From IMG/VR virus record IMGVR_UViG_3300050821_017570, positions 96,001-160,000 of that record: DNA of 64,000 nt; one strand, written 5' to 3'. Position numbers and translations under genes: made by a program. Shown here piece by piece: positions 25,062-34,227 of the stretch. Position 1 is the stretch's first letter; every line of letters begins with the position of its first letter. This DNA is from a virus. The notes under the pieces were generated by a model. The model saw only the letters and a program-made list of their open reading frames with translations. It did not search any database and was not told where the DNA came from.

Positions 25062-26858
25062 GTGTCGCATACAGCTCCAGGTGACCAGGCGAACCCAGTC
25101 AGTCAGCATGATCCATCTGATGTGATGGATGCCATCCAGAGGTATCAGCGACTTCAGGAGCGGTATCCGGACATGCCGGCGGTAGCCATCCTACCGCTGA
25201 TTTTCAAACTGAATGGAAAGCCGTATTCGATCTCAGAAGGCCACTTCCCGATGGAGCCACTGTTCCGGCGAACCAATCTGCCCTTGCAGTTGGTCCTGCG
25301 GTGTGGGCGCCAGGTTGGCAAGAGTCAGACATTCGCATGTTCGACCATCTTGCGGGCCATCTGTAACCCCTACTACAAGCTCCTGACGGTGACGCCGCTA
25401 TTCGAACAGGTGCGTAAGTTCAGCTCCAACTATGTGAAGCCAGCCCTCTCGGAGTGCAGGTTCCGAAGCCAGATCTTGAATCGCGGTCAGGACAACTCGG
25501 TCCTGCAGCGCACGCTGTCGAATGGATCGTATCTTCTGTACAACTACGCCAGCAACTCTGCCGACCGCATCCGTGGTACGCCGTCGGATGAGATCTTCCA
25601 TGATGAGGTGCAGGACTTTGACCTGTCGGTTCTGCCGGTGATTGAGTCGTGTCTTGACGCCAGTCAGTTCAAGCTGCGCAGATTCGCCGGTACGCCCAAG
25701 ACGACCGATGGACCGCTTGACCAGCTGTGGAACAAATCCAGTCAGGCAATCTGGTACATCCCCTGTCAGACCACGGGTTGCAAGGTCGAGAACATCTGTT
25801 CGGTATCCGGTCACCTGCTCAAGATGGTCGACCATCCTAAGACTCTGGTGTGTTACAAATGTGGCCAGCCGCTCGATAGCCGTCTCGGCTACTACGTCCA
25901 CACGTATCCGGACCGCCAGATGGAGTTCGCTGGCTATTCGGTGCCTCAGCCCATCCTGCCGATGCATTACGCGGATCCGAAGAGCTGGCACCGTATCCAG
26001 CGAGCCATGAAGGGGGACAAGCCGACCTTCGCCTTCTACAACGAGATCCTCGGTGAGGCCTACGACATAGGATCGAAGATGCTGTCCAAAGAAGAACTCG
26101 CAGCCGCCGCTACTCTTCCGGTTATGCTGCCAAAGCAGTGGCAGGGGGGCCGCTACCTGAGTGTCGTCCTGGGGGTCGACTGGGGTGGTAAGGGCAAGGA
26201 ACGCCAAACCGATCGTGAGGAGTTCATCTCCAACACCGTGCTGTGTTTGGCAGGACTGCGTCACGACGGGGTCGTGGAGGTCAAGTGGATCTACAAGACC
26301 CCATATGCGGCCAACCATAACCAAGAGGCCGAGATGGTGAAGGACGCGGCGGCGGACGCTCGGGTCAACTGGGTGGCCCACGACTTCACCGGTGCGGGTG
26401 ACGTTCGGGAGACTCTGTTGCGAAACTTTGGCTGGCCGATCGAACGCATCATTCCATTTAGTCTGACCGTTATGGGTCCCAACAACCCTATCGTCTCCTA
26501 CACACCCGCCGGCACCACGGGCGTGCGGTCCAGCTACAAACTCGACAAGCCTCGCTCGCTGCTTTTGCTATGCGAGCTGATTCGACGTCAGAAGGTGCTG
26601 CTGCCTCAGTATGAGGGCGCACGTGAAATGCTGGAAGACTTCTTCCACATCTACCATGAGACGGTTGATTCACCGCGAGGTAAGACCAGTCTGGTTAGAC
26701 GACTCACCGGTACGACCGATGACGTCGTCATGGCGATCAATAATGCGGTTATGGCGCTCTACCATACGACTGAATCGTGGCCCGTACTGGCGGACTCGTT
26801 TCAGACGTTGGTGCCGCCGATCGTGACGGCTATGGATTGGGACGATCGCGACTTGTGA
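25062..26858 (+). CDS. terL: terminase large subunit (lambda gpA-like architecture)
   Basis: LRCGRQVGKS Walker A, HDEVQD Walker B, GTPKT coupling motif, C-x4-C...CxxC Zn insertion, GVDWG RNase H-like nuclease Asp. Confidence 0.9.
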   Translation: MSHTAPGDQANPVSQHDPSDVMDAIQRYQRLQERYPDMPAVAILPLIFKLNGKPYSISEGHFPMEPLFRRTNLPLQLVLRCGRQVGKSQTFACSTILRAICNPYYKLLTVTPLFEQVRKFSSNYVKPALSECRFRSQILNRGQDNSVLQRTLSNGSYLLYNYASNSADRIRGTPSDEIFHDEVQDFDLSVLPVIESCLDASQFKLRRFAGTPKTTDGPLDQLWNKSSQAIWYIPCQTTGCKVENICSVSGHLLKMVDHPKTLVCYKCGQPLDSRLGYYVHTYPDRQMEFAGYSVPQPILPMHYADPKSWHRIQRAMKGDKPTFAFYNEILGEAYDIGSKMLSKEELAAAATLPVMLPKQWQGGRYLSVVLGVDWGGKGKERQTDREEFISNTVLCLAGLRHDGVVEVKWIYKTPYAANHNQEAEMVKDAAADARVNWVAHDFTGAGDVRETLLRNFGWPIERIIPFSLTVMGPNNPIVSYTPAGTTGVRSSYKLDKPRSLLLLCELIRRQKVLLPQYEGAREMLEDFFHIYHETVDSPRGKTSLVRRLTGTTDDVVMAINNAVMALYHTTESWPVLADSFQTLVPPIVTAMDWDDRDL

Positions 26859-26930
26859 GTAGATCGCGAATCTTGACGATTCCGAGCCACCCGAACCACA
26901 TCATCAGTACCACCACACCTTTGATTTTGT

Positions 26931-27200
26931 TCATTCGGGGCTCCATAGCAGGAACATGATTTGTTCGCCATTATTGGTCTGAAGACTGCAGCAACCATCG
27001 GCTAGCTCTCGAATCAACCGGACTGGCCAACCTGGGTTACGACCGGGACTAACATAGTGTTGGTACCAATCCGTAGAACCATACCACCAACCTGAATATG
27101 CGTGCTGGGTATCACCCCGTATGACTACGAGCCGTGTATTAATACCGCTCGTTAGCTTTCTCTGTTCGAACCATATTTGACCGATCTTGAGGCTAGTCAT
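26931..27200 (-). CDS. GQxW-family hypothetical protein
   Basis: MTSLKIGQIWF...; start 27200 by ATGA coupling. Confidence 0.65.
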   Translation of the reverse strand: MTSLKIGQIWFEQRKLTSGINTRLVVIRGDTQHAYSGWWYGSTDWYQHYVSPGRNPGWPVRLIRELADGCCSLQTNNGEQIMFLLWSPE

Positions 27201-27634
27201 GTGATCGCCTCGATATCGTGCCAGCTGGTGAGCCACTGACGGTTCACGTCAGCAAAACTGGCCCCGCAGATGCGAAGCATCTTGACTCCCTGATAGGTTT
27301 CGACACGCCATTTGCCAGGCGGATAGACCCCCTTGAGGAGCCATCGGATGCATCCACGGCCACGTTCAAACCTGACGTAGCAGCAGAACTTGTTCATGTG
27401 GATGATCTTTTCGGCCGCCGGTAACAGCAGCAGATCACTACGATCGAAAAAGAACGTTACGCCTGCCACACGCTCCAGTTGGTTCCACGCCACCACCGGA
27501 ATCGTCAGCCGGCTGCGGAGAATCTGACAGCAGTCGTGCTTGGGGCTTCGGTGATGGACCCGTATCTCCGAATAGTGAACCCACGCCTGTGGGACCACCT
27601 GTCGGAGCTGAGCCGGTGTATAGAGTTGTGTCAT
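27197..27634 (-). CDS. hypothetical protein
   Basis: Start trimmed to MTQLYTP (ATG 27634). Confidence 0.6.
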   Translation of the reverse strand: MTQLYTPAQLRQVVPQAWVHYSEIRVHHRSPKHDCCQILRSRLTIPVVAWNQLERVAGVTFFFDRSDLLLLPAAEKIIHMNKFCCYVRFERGRGCIRWLLKGVYPPGKWRVETYQGVKMLRICGASFADVNRQWLTSWHDIEAIT

Positions 27635-27684
27635 CGTGGCTCCTACCCACCGGCCCCGCGGGGCCGGTGGGGCAGCTTGGCTGA

Positions 27685-28221
27685 CTAGCCGGCCGCCTGT
27701 GCGGCCTTGACCCGCTCGGCCGATGCCTGCAGATGTGCGGCCTTCCACTGGTTGAACCAGCGGTGGGCTTGCGCACCGATCCAGGCCTCGAACCAGGGTT
27801 CGTGGAGCGCCAGCTCCAGCACGGGTGGCCGCTCACCGGCCCTGTGGGCCTGCTCGACCAGAACGCACCATTGGCAGTACGAGAGCGCTCGGTTGATCCA
27901 CCTGAGAGCCGCCTCGCCATTCTGGTCGGGCGTCTCCAGTTCGATCACCGCGTGCGTGCCGTTCTCGCACACCACACCACAGAGGCCTCCATCGAATCGC
28001 TCCATATGGCGATACTGGTGAAGCCCCATCAGGGTGACGGTGCAGAAGCCGGTGTTGCGGAGCAGCTGATACAGTTGTGAGGACTTGTCATGGAGAGCTT
28101 CCATGAGCTTCGCCCTCACTCCCATCAGACTCTCAGCCGCGAACGTCGGATTCGGCTCGGTTTGACCGACCGCACACGAATAGGCCCTGAGGGCCAGAAT
28201 GGGAATCTGCTTGGGTTTCAT
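27685..28221 (-). CDS. hypothetical protein
   Basis: 178-aa ORF with AAGGA SD in the gene array. Confidence 0.7.
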   Translation of the reverse strand: MKPKQIPILALRAYSCAVGQTEPNPTFAAESLMGVRAKLMEALHDKSSQLYQLLRNTGFCTVTLMGLHQYRHMERFDGGLCGVVCENGTHAVIELETPDQNGEAALRWINRALSYCQWCVLVEQAHRAGERPPVLELALHEPWFEAWIGAQAHRWFNQWKAAHLQASAERVKAAQAAG

Positions 28222-28224
28222 GAA

Positions 28225-29067
28225 TCATCCTTCGTCAGTGAGACCGTCCTGAGCCCGCTCATCGGTGAGCGAACCCAACACAGCCTCGGTGTGGATTTGC
28301 TCGGCATGTTGGGCCATCTGCTGGATCTCGCGCTCCAGCTGAGCGGGATCGACGGGTGCGGCCTCACTCGCGGGGACCGCGACCTCGTGGATCGTCTGCG
28401 GCGCCACCGCATGGGTGGGGCCGAGGACCGTGCGGATCTTCCGCAGCAACGCCTCTGCGTTGCGATCGCCACCGATGTAGGTGACGACCATCTCGACCTC
28501 GCTGGCATACCGGGTCAGAAGATTCTGCCGGGCATGCACACGACGACTGTCGAGAGCGCTCTTGATGGCCGCCACGTCCTTGCGGAAGTGCTTGAGCTGG
28601 TCAGAACGCTCGACCCGCTCGTGTGACTGTGAGATCTGCGCCAGCGCATTGACCTGGCGGCACGTATGGATGCCACGCTGGACCAGCGCGTCCACCAGAT
28701 CCTCCAGCATGATCTTCAGGTCGATGCCTGGGATGGGATTGTTGGGATCGTTGGCCGCCAGATGTACTTCGTAGCTGGCATAGCGGGCCAGCCCTATGAA
28801 GCAGTCGGTCAGATTGTTAGCGAATTGACGTCGGCGCGCCGGCAGGGCGCGGAAGGCAGCCACGTAGTCCTGGTGGGACCGCTTCTGCTTGGCACGCGCA
28901 TGTTCCATTTCGCGTACCGAAGGTCGCGGAACCAGAAGACTCGTTGAGTGACCAAGCGACAGAATGCTCATGAGGAGCACCTGAAGATCGGTGTGGGTGA
29001 CGGGGGAATGGGAAGTGGGCGAAGCAGCCATTGGAAACTCCATCAGCTGGTGAGGAAACACCCCCAC
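28225..29067 (-). CDS. hypothetical protein, helical
   Basis: 280-aa ORF with strong G/C third-position bias. Confidence 0.7.
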   Translation of the reverse strand: MGVFPHQLMEFPMAASPTSHSPVTHTDLQVLLMSILSLGHSTSLLVPRPSVREMEHARAKQKRSHQDYVAAFRALPARRRQFANNLTDCFIGLARYASYEVHLAANDPNNPIPGIDLKIMLEDLVDALVQRGIHTCRQVNALAQISQSHERVERSDQLKHFRKDVAAIKSALDSRRVHARQNLLTRYASEVEMVVTYIGGDRNAEALLRKIRTVLGPTHAVAPQTIHEVAVPASEAAPVDPAQLEREIQQMAQHAEQIHTEAVLGSLTDERAQDGLTDEG

Positions 29068-29111
29068 CCTCGATCTGAGGGTGGGGGTCGGTCAGTTGAC
29101 CCAACGTGGGG

Positions 29112-29540
29112 TCAAACGATGTCGTGCTGGCGATTCCCGTCGAGCGAGATACCGTCCTTGTTCCACCGGAAGGTCTCACGACCGTCCGTGCCTTCCATGA
29201 CCCAGTCACCGCGCTCGGCGGTGATCTTGGTGATCTGGGCACTGAAGGTGTTGCGCAGGGCGACGTAGCCCCCTTGCTTGAACCGGGTCACGGCCTCTTC
29301 TGTAGGTGCCACATCGACGACCGGGCGATCGAATCGCGGGGCCGTCTCGGGGGCGGTTTCCACCGGCGCATCGGTCGACGTGGTGGCGGCCCTGACGCCC
29401 AACGCGTCACGAAGGTCATCCATCACGTCGGCCAGTTCGCTGAACAGCTCGTTCACGCGAGCCATGTCGACGGTGGGAGGGGTACGACGGGTACGAGGAG
29501 CACGAGTTTCGGTCGGCATATGATTCGATTCTAGGGCCAA
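29112..29540 (-). CDS. hypothetical protein
   Basis: 142-aa ORF; C-terminus (W..DG......HDIV) faintly resembles the GQxW-family end. Confidence 0.7.
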   Translation of the reverse strand: MALESNHMPTETRAPRTRRTPPTVDMARVNELFSELADVMDDLRDALGVRAATTSTDAPVETAPETAPRFDRPVVDVAPTEEAVTRFKQGGYVALRNTFSAQITKITAERGDWVMEGTDGRETFRWNKDGISLDGNRQHDIV

Positions 29541-29576
29541 GCCCTATCAGGAGAAAAGGGACAAAACCTCGACTGG

Positions 29577-29885
29577 TTAGTCGAGGCTAGCCGAGACGGC
29601 CCGGTGGGCCTGCTCGGCTTCCCATTGTTTCAGTTCAGAGAAGGGGTGCTGCCGATCCATTTCTACCCACGCGTGTGGATCGAGCTGGAACAGCGCATCC
29701 TTCGCAACCAGCCAGGTCTGCCTGGCCCGCGCGGTGCGGGACTCCAGACAGACTGCCTTCACATCATCCACAAAATCCAATGCATCGGGCCGTTGGATCA
29801 GGAGAGCGATCGCTTCACGCTTCGCCGCCTGACTACGACCCCTGAGGGCCGCACGGATATGACTTGGGTTATTTTGAATCGGCAT
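29577..29885 (-). CDS. hypothetical protein
   Basis: AGAGGAG SD 5 nt upstream of ATG. Confidence 0.7.
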   Translation of the reverse strand: MPIQNNPSHIRAALRGRSQAAKREAIALLIQRPDALDFVDDVKAVCLESRTARARQTWLVAKDALFQLDPHAWVEMDRQHPFSELKQWEAEQAHRAVSASLD

Positions 29886-29939
29886 AACGCCTCCTCTGAT
29901 GATGTGGTGGTGTCAGGATGAGTCAGAAACGAGACGGAA

Positions 29940-30200
29940 CTAGCGTGCGCGGAATCCGAGTCGCAACACATTGGCCTTGTCGGCGAATGCGCTGTGGAGG
30001 GCTGTGAACTCGTCTGCGGTCAGTCCGACAGTCGCTATCTTGTCGAAGGCACTCCTCAGATTGGTGCGTAGATAGTCGCCACGATCACGGATGCCGCGAC
30101 GATCGACGCTCGTGCGGGCCCTGGCGGCATTCTGACGGACACAGTCGGCGATCCAGGCATCCTGGCGCGCACGGTTGGGATTGATGGCCTGGGTAGGCAT
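29940..30200 (-). CDS. hypothetical protein
   Basis: AAAGGA SD; non-overlapping in the array. Confidence 0.65.
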   Translation of the reverse strand: MPTQAINPNRARQDAWIADCVRQNAARARTSVDRRGIRDRGDYLRTNLRSAFDKIATVGLTADEFTALHSAFADKANVLRLGFRAR

Positions 30201-30242
30201 GAGAATCCTTTCGAATGGTTGGAAACAGGTGGAGAGGGCGAA

Positions 30243-30551
30243 CTACCGCTGGGAGTTGATCCCAATGGCAGCTCGCTCCTCGGGGGTGAGGGTAGCGTGG
30301 ATCTTGGACAGGGCGGAGGCACGAATGCTGGCTCGGCGGGCAGTCTCCTGCTCGCGCTGAATACGACGACGATCAGCCTCCTGGTGTTCTGCCCACCAGG
30401 TGGCGGTGTTACGGGGAATCCGAATTCCATTGTCCTGGAGGGACTGACAGGCCGCACACAGCATTTGGGCTAGGAGAGTATGGCGACGCTCCAGCTGCGC
30501 TAACTCTTCACCATCTCGGCTACAGCCCCAGCCTCCATCACTACATGGCAT
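30243..30551 (-). CDS. hypothetical protein
   Basis: Abuts the upstream gene; helical, charged. Confidence 0.65.
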   Translation of the reverse strand: MPCSDGGWGCSRDGEELAQLERRHTLLAQMLCAACQSLQDNGIRIPRNTATWWAEHQEADRRRIQREQETARRASIRASALSKIHATLTPEERAAIGINSQR

Positions 30552-30552
30552 G

Positions 30553-30882
30553 TTAGACTCCGAATTCTTTAGTCCAGTCGGGCGTTATCGTCAGGCCCGA
30601 CGGTAGTATGTCTTTGGTCATCGACAGCTCGGTCGCATCATCGGCCGCAAGCCTGAGATGTCCGAGGTTGAAACTGATGAGTTTGTCCCGCTCTTCCGCC
30701 GAGACAGATCCGTAGCAACCACTTGTTTTCATGTCGTCCTGAAGCGACACCGCTAGGAGAAGAAGTGGCTTCAACCGCTCGATCAGCCAGAGGCGTCGCG
30801 TCCGTGCACAAAACGCAATCTGCGTTCTCATCACGCGGATGAATTGTTCGAGTTCTTCCATCTTGGTCATCGGTAGGGCCAA
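30553..30882 (-). CDS. hypothetical protein
   Basis: Non-overlapping ORF in the array. Confidence 0.6.
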   Translation of the reverse strand: MALPMTKMEELEQFIRVMRTQIAFCARTRRLWLIERLKPLLLLAVSLQDDMKTSGCYGSVSAEERDKLISFNLGHLRLAADDATELSMTKDILPSGLTITPDWTKEFGV

Positions 30883-30891
30883 TCGATACGG

Positions 30892-31242
30892 TTAGAGCCG
30901 CTCTGGATCCGGCTCTGGTGGTGGGTTCGGCTGCACGGGCTCGATCGGCAAAGTCTTCGGTGGTTCTTCCTCACGATCAAAATCATGAGACAGAAACTCA
31001 TCTGGGTCCACACCCTTGTGGGTGAGATTGCGGCGAAACCGATCAATCTGTTGGTTCTGAATCTTGACGATCTTGGTCAATTGCTCTAACGCCGTTCCAC
31101 CACGGGCGTTGTATTCCGAAATATGATCGAGCTGACGGTTCAGTTGGCCAAGCCGTACGGTGACCACACACAGTAGGACAAACATCACGGTGGTCATGAC
31201 GGCACAACCCATAACGGCAATTTTTTGGTCCCGTGGGGTCAC
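30892..31242 (-). CDS. single-pass membrane protein with coiled coil
   Basis: N-terminal hydrophobic helix; preceded by the SD-hairpin element. Confidence 0.7.
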   Translation of the reverse strand: MTPRDQKIAVMGCAVMTTVMFVLLCVVTVRLGQLNRQLDHISEYNARGGTALEQLTKIVKIQNQQIDRFRRNLTHKGVDPDEFLSHDFDREEEPPKTLPIEPVQPNPPPEPDPERL

Positions 31243-31248
31243 CGAATC

Positions 31249-31267
31249 CTCCTCTGGTTGACAGAAT
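31249..31267 (-). promoter_or_regulatory. SD-overlapping hairpin element (variant copy)
   Basis: ATTCTGTCAACCAGAGGAG, 6 nt before GTG 31242. Confidence 0.65.
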
Positions 31268-31283
31268 CATAGGGCCGGCGCTC

Positions 31284-31421
31284 TTACTCCTCGTGAGGTG
31301 GCGACGACTCACGCGAACGCCGGCGGCGATCTCTGAAGACTTGTTTCGGTCGAGGCATCGGACGGCGGAATGCCGTCCTCAGCTCCTCCACCAGATTGGC
31401 CTTTGGATGCTTGCGCTTCAC
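31284..31421 (-). CDS. 45-aa basic peptide (MKRKHPKANLVEELRTAFRRPMPRPKQVFRDRRRRSRESSPPHEE)
   Basis: Below the ORF-track cutoff; GTGA coupling to the upstream stop. Confidence 0.5.
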   Translation of the reverse strand: MKRKHPKANLVEELRTAFRRPMPRPKQVFRDRRRRSRESSPPHEE

Positions 31422-31780
31422 GCCAGATCCGGCTGATACCTGCAAAGCCAATCAACCTCCCAATGCGGATAGATCCGATCGTTGATGACCCCACACATAC
31501 GGAGACCCGCGACCGAGTTACCCGTATGGACCTGAAACCGAACCGGTTTCGCGATCACCCCATCGTGGACCCATCGCTCGACCTGATCGATCACATCGAT
31601 TCCTTCGATCCCAGGCCCGAGATCGTTATCGAAGCTACAGAACGCTACTGCGTCGTGCCGGAACAGCTCCAGCAGCGACTCGCCGGTCCGGCAGTGCAGC
31701 TGGTAGCCTTCCCTCATAGGGCGTCGGTCATCCAGCCACACCACCAGACCGCGACGGTAGCGGTTGGCGATGTCGTCCAT
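31418..31780 (-). CDS. cyclic-phosphate-processing receiver-like domain protein
   Basis: VWLDDRR...SFDNDLG...GIDV...VHTGNSVA matches that stand-alone receiver family (LDD, S.DHDLG, HS.N). Confidence 0.75.
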   Translation of the reverse strand: MDDIANRYRRGLVVWLDDRRPMREGYQLHCRTGESLLELFRHDAVAFCSFDNDLGPGIEGIDVIDQVERWVHDGVIAKPVRFQVHTGNSVAGLRMCGVINDRIYPHWEVDWLCRYQPDLA

Positions 31781-32019
31781 CAGTCTGCCTTCTTGGCGAC
31801 CTTCTCGGCGATCTCACCACGCCGGACCTTGCGATTCTTGGGCCGCCCCACCATGTGGAACTTGTTCTGGCCGTCGCGGTAGCCGTCGCTGACGCAGAAC
31901 GAGGGTGGCCGACGGGACGGCTTGTTCTTGCCGGCGCCATGGTCGCGGTGGCGCTCCGCGCCATTGAAGGGGCTGTAGGGCCAGCCACGGAGGCTCAGAG
32001 GGGACTTGTTGGCAGCCAT
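31780..32019 (-). CDS. small basic hypothetical protein
   Basis: AAGGAG SD; strong codon bias. Confidence 0.65.
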   Translation of the reverse strand: MAANKSPLSLRGWPYSPFNGAERHRDHGAGKNKPSRRPPSFCVSDGYRDGQNKFHMVGRPKNRKVRRGEIAEKVAKKAD

Positions 32020-32028
32020 GTTGGCTCC

Positions 32029-32415
32029 TTAGCAGCTAGTGGTGAAAACACACTGGATCAGTTCGAGCGGTCTATTATATGCATCACTACAGACGAGATA
32101 ACGGGTTGATGGCGCAGCCGGATCGTAATAGCAGGTAGTGTAGGCATGTCGATCGGGGCTGACCTGCTGAACACCCACACAAATGTAACCTTCATGTTCG
32201 CCATTATCTCCTCTCCATATTTTTACCACTTCCCACTCTCGCTGAACCACAGGGTTATCTAGGTATCCGAGATTGTGCGGATTGGATATCCAGATCTGAC
32301 CAATCTTCCATTGGGCGAGCCAATCTCTGCACAGGTTGGCGGCGCGAGTTTGGTTTTCGAAACCGGTTCTTCCTGGCATGGTGTACCTTTGGATTATGGT
32401 GGCGTGTAGAGACAC
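32029..32415 (-). CDS. GQxW-family hypothetical protein
   Basis: WLAQWKIGQIW...LELIQCVF. Confidence 0.7.
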   Translation of the reverse strand: MSLHATIIQRYTMPGRTGFENQTRAANLCRDWLAQWKIGQIWISNPHNLGYLDNPVVQREWEVVKIWRGDNGEHEGYICVGVQQVSPDRHAYTTCYYDPAAPSTRYLVCSDAYNRPLELIQCVFTTSC

Positions 32416-32837
32416 TGGATGAGTTGAACCCGACCGAAGGCAGTATAGAAGATACGATTTCGACCCTCGGTGTTATCGTAGGCGCATTCGCATTCTGGAC
32501 CAATCCCTGGTGAGTTCGGTTTCAGCCCTACTCTTGTATAACCCATAGTCGACATGCAAGAGACTACCCATTCCCCATGATGGGGTCCGAGGCGTGGGTA
32601 TACTCTGTAGATTTCGAACGACTGCCAGACCTGCCCGATCTTCCATTGGGCAAACCACTGCTGTCTGGCCGCATCCTGCAGGGCCGCGGCCTGCCGTTGA
32701 GCCGCCTGCGCGGCAGCCACACGCTCTGCCGCCATTCTGGCAGCTTCCGCTAGCTCAGTGGCCGCTACACCGAGTCGATGGCGATACAAACCCTTCGGCG
32801 CACTCCTGGGCTCTGGCCCAATCTGTAGGGTTGGCAT
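32394..32837 (-). CDS. GQxW-family hypothetical protein
   Basis: WFAQWKIGQVW...VQLIQCLYTP. Confidence 0.7.
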   Translation of the reverse strand: MPTLQIGPEPRSAPKGLYRHRLGVAATELAEAARMAAERVAAAQAAQRQAAALQDAARQQWFAQWKIGQVWQSFEIYRVYPRLGPHHGEWVVSCMSTMGYTRVGLKPNSPGIGPECECAYDNTEGRNRIFYTAFGRVQLIQCLYTPP

Positions 32838-33088
32838 TAGCTGCCCAGGTAGTGGGCGTATGCGGCTTCGATGTTCTGACGCTCTACCGCCGTCAGTGGG
32901 GCAATCGCCTCTGCCTTCTCGGCCAGCTGATCGGCCTTACGTCGGTAGCCCCGCTTGGCCAGCTTCCTGGCGTCGCACAGGAATCGGTTTCTGACCCCGA
33001 ATGGACTGGGCGTCCCCTCGGGTACCAATTCCTTCACATTCACGTCACTGATCGCCCGGCGGGCTGCTTTTGCTTCGGCTGGATCCAT
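32837..33088 (-). CDS. hypothetical protein
   Basis: AGAGGAG SD; stop/start coupling. Confidence 0.7.
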   Translation of the reverse strand: MDPAEAKAARRAISDVNVKELVPEGTPSPFGVRNRFLCDARKLAKRGYRRKADQLAEKAEAIAPLTAVERQNIEAAYAHYLGS

Positions 33089-33393
33089 TACGGCTCCTCT
33101 TGGTAGGACCAGTCGCCATGGATGGCGTAGTGGTGTGATTGGTAGGTGAACGTCAGTACCTGACTCGTCTCATGTACATCTGTGGCTCCGTGGAGCACCG
33201 CTGTATCGACTCCATTGGTCATCAGATGCACCGCATAGTGCTTGGTTGAGGGATGAAGATCCTGCCAAACCATCAGACTGAGGACAACAAACATGAACAA
33301 GAGCAGAACGATCCCAAACGAGTGCTCCTCAACCAGCATGGCGAACCGTCGATAGCGGTCACCCGGCAGGGTGTTGTCTTCCGGCTCAGGCAC
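33088..33393 (-). CDS. single-pass membrane protein
   Basis: FGIVLLLFMFVVLSLMVW hydrophobic helix. Confidence 0.7.
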   Translation of the reverse strand: MPEPEDNTLPGDRYRRFAMLVEEHSFGIVLLLFMFVVLSLMVWQDLHPSTKHYAVHLMTNGVDTAVLHGATDVHETSQVLTFTYQSHHYAIHGDWSYQEEP

Positions 33394-34075
33394 GGATCGG
33401 CACCTTCAGCAGCAGTTCACCGTACTTGGCATACTGGGTGCCGTGGACAAACTCCAGATGGTGGTAGAACTCTGGCATCTGGTCGAGCTGCCGATCCTTC
33501 AGCAGTGTCTCCAGCAGCCACGACAGGCCATCATAGAGAGGTGGCTTGTTCTGCCGCTTCATGTCCGTGCTTGCGAGCCAGCGGGCCCCGATCGGCAGCA
33601 CGATCGTCAGGAGCGCGTCAACCTCCAGGGTGGCCAACCGGGTGAGCGTGCCGGTCAGCTGATCGGTCGTTGGGCCCGGCCCCTTCATCACGAACATCAG
33701 GACCCGGAAGGCGATCGGAGTGGCGGTCACGGCGATCGGATGATCCTCATGAATCAGGTCACAGACCCGACCGACGATCGCCGCACCGATACCCGCTGCC
33801 GCATCCAACATGATGTTGGCCAGCTCCTCCTCGATGCGACCGTTCTGCAGGTCGGCTGACAGCCAGGCCCGAAAGTCTGCCGTGCAGACATTCAGGCCAG
33901 AGATCACGTGGGTGAGATCGGTGTGCTCGGCTGTCGTCAGCTTGCGATCCAGGCGTCGTTCCAGGACGGGAACGACCCCACGGAGCGCCTCCTTGGTTGC
34001 GATGTGAAGCTCGGCGTCGCCGATATTGGTAGGCATGGGTGCTCCTCGGACTGTGTCCGAATCAATGGTGGTCAA
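33386..34075 (-). CDS. hypothetical protein
   Basis: 229-aa ORF in the array. Confidence 0.7.
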   Translation of the reverse strand: MTTIDSDTVRGAPMPTNIGDAELHIATKEALRGVVPVLERRLDRKLTTAEHTDLTHVISGLNVCTADFRAWLSADLQNGRIEEELANIMLDAAAGIGAAIVGRVCDLIHEDHPIAVTATPIAFRVLMFVMKGPGPTTDQLTGTLTRLATLEVDALLTIVLPIGARWLASTDMKRQNKPPLYDGLSWLLETLLKDRQLDQMPEFYHHLEFVHGTQYAKYGELLLKVPIRA

Positions 34076-34227
34076 CGGGTTGCAACGATGATGCCGCCGG
34101 CCGACACCAGGAGACGGTACTTACCGTCCCGTGGTGGCAGCACAGGGGGGACGGCGGGCGGTTGCCTCGGGTGCTGACGCGCTTCGAGTGCTGCCTTCTC
34201 ACGCCGGACAATCTCATCCAGATTCAT
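34072..34227 (-). CDS. 51-aa hypothetical peptide (MNLDEIVRREKAALEARQHPRQ...)
   Basis: Manual translation; ATGA coupling upstream, AAAGGA SD. Confidence 0.55.
   Translation of the reverse strand: MNLDEIVRREKAALEARQHPRQPPAVPPVLPPRDGKYRLLVSAGGIIVATR

Noticed and set aside
25398-26381. 327-aa minus-strand ORF inside terL, and similar ORFs antisense to uvsX, sbcC and the accessory genes
   Set aside because: Fully overlap well-supported genes on the other strand; no recognisable features.
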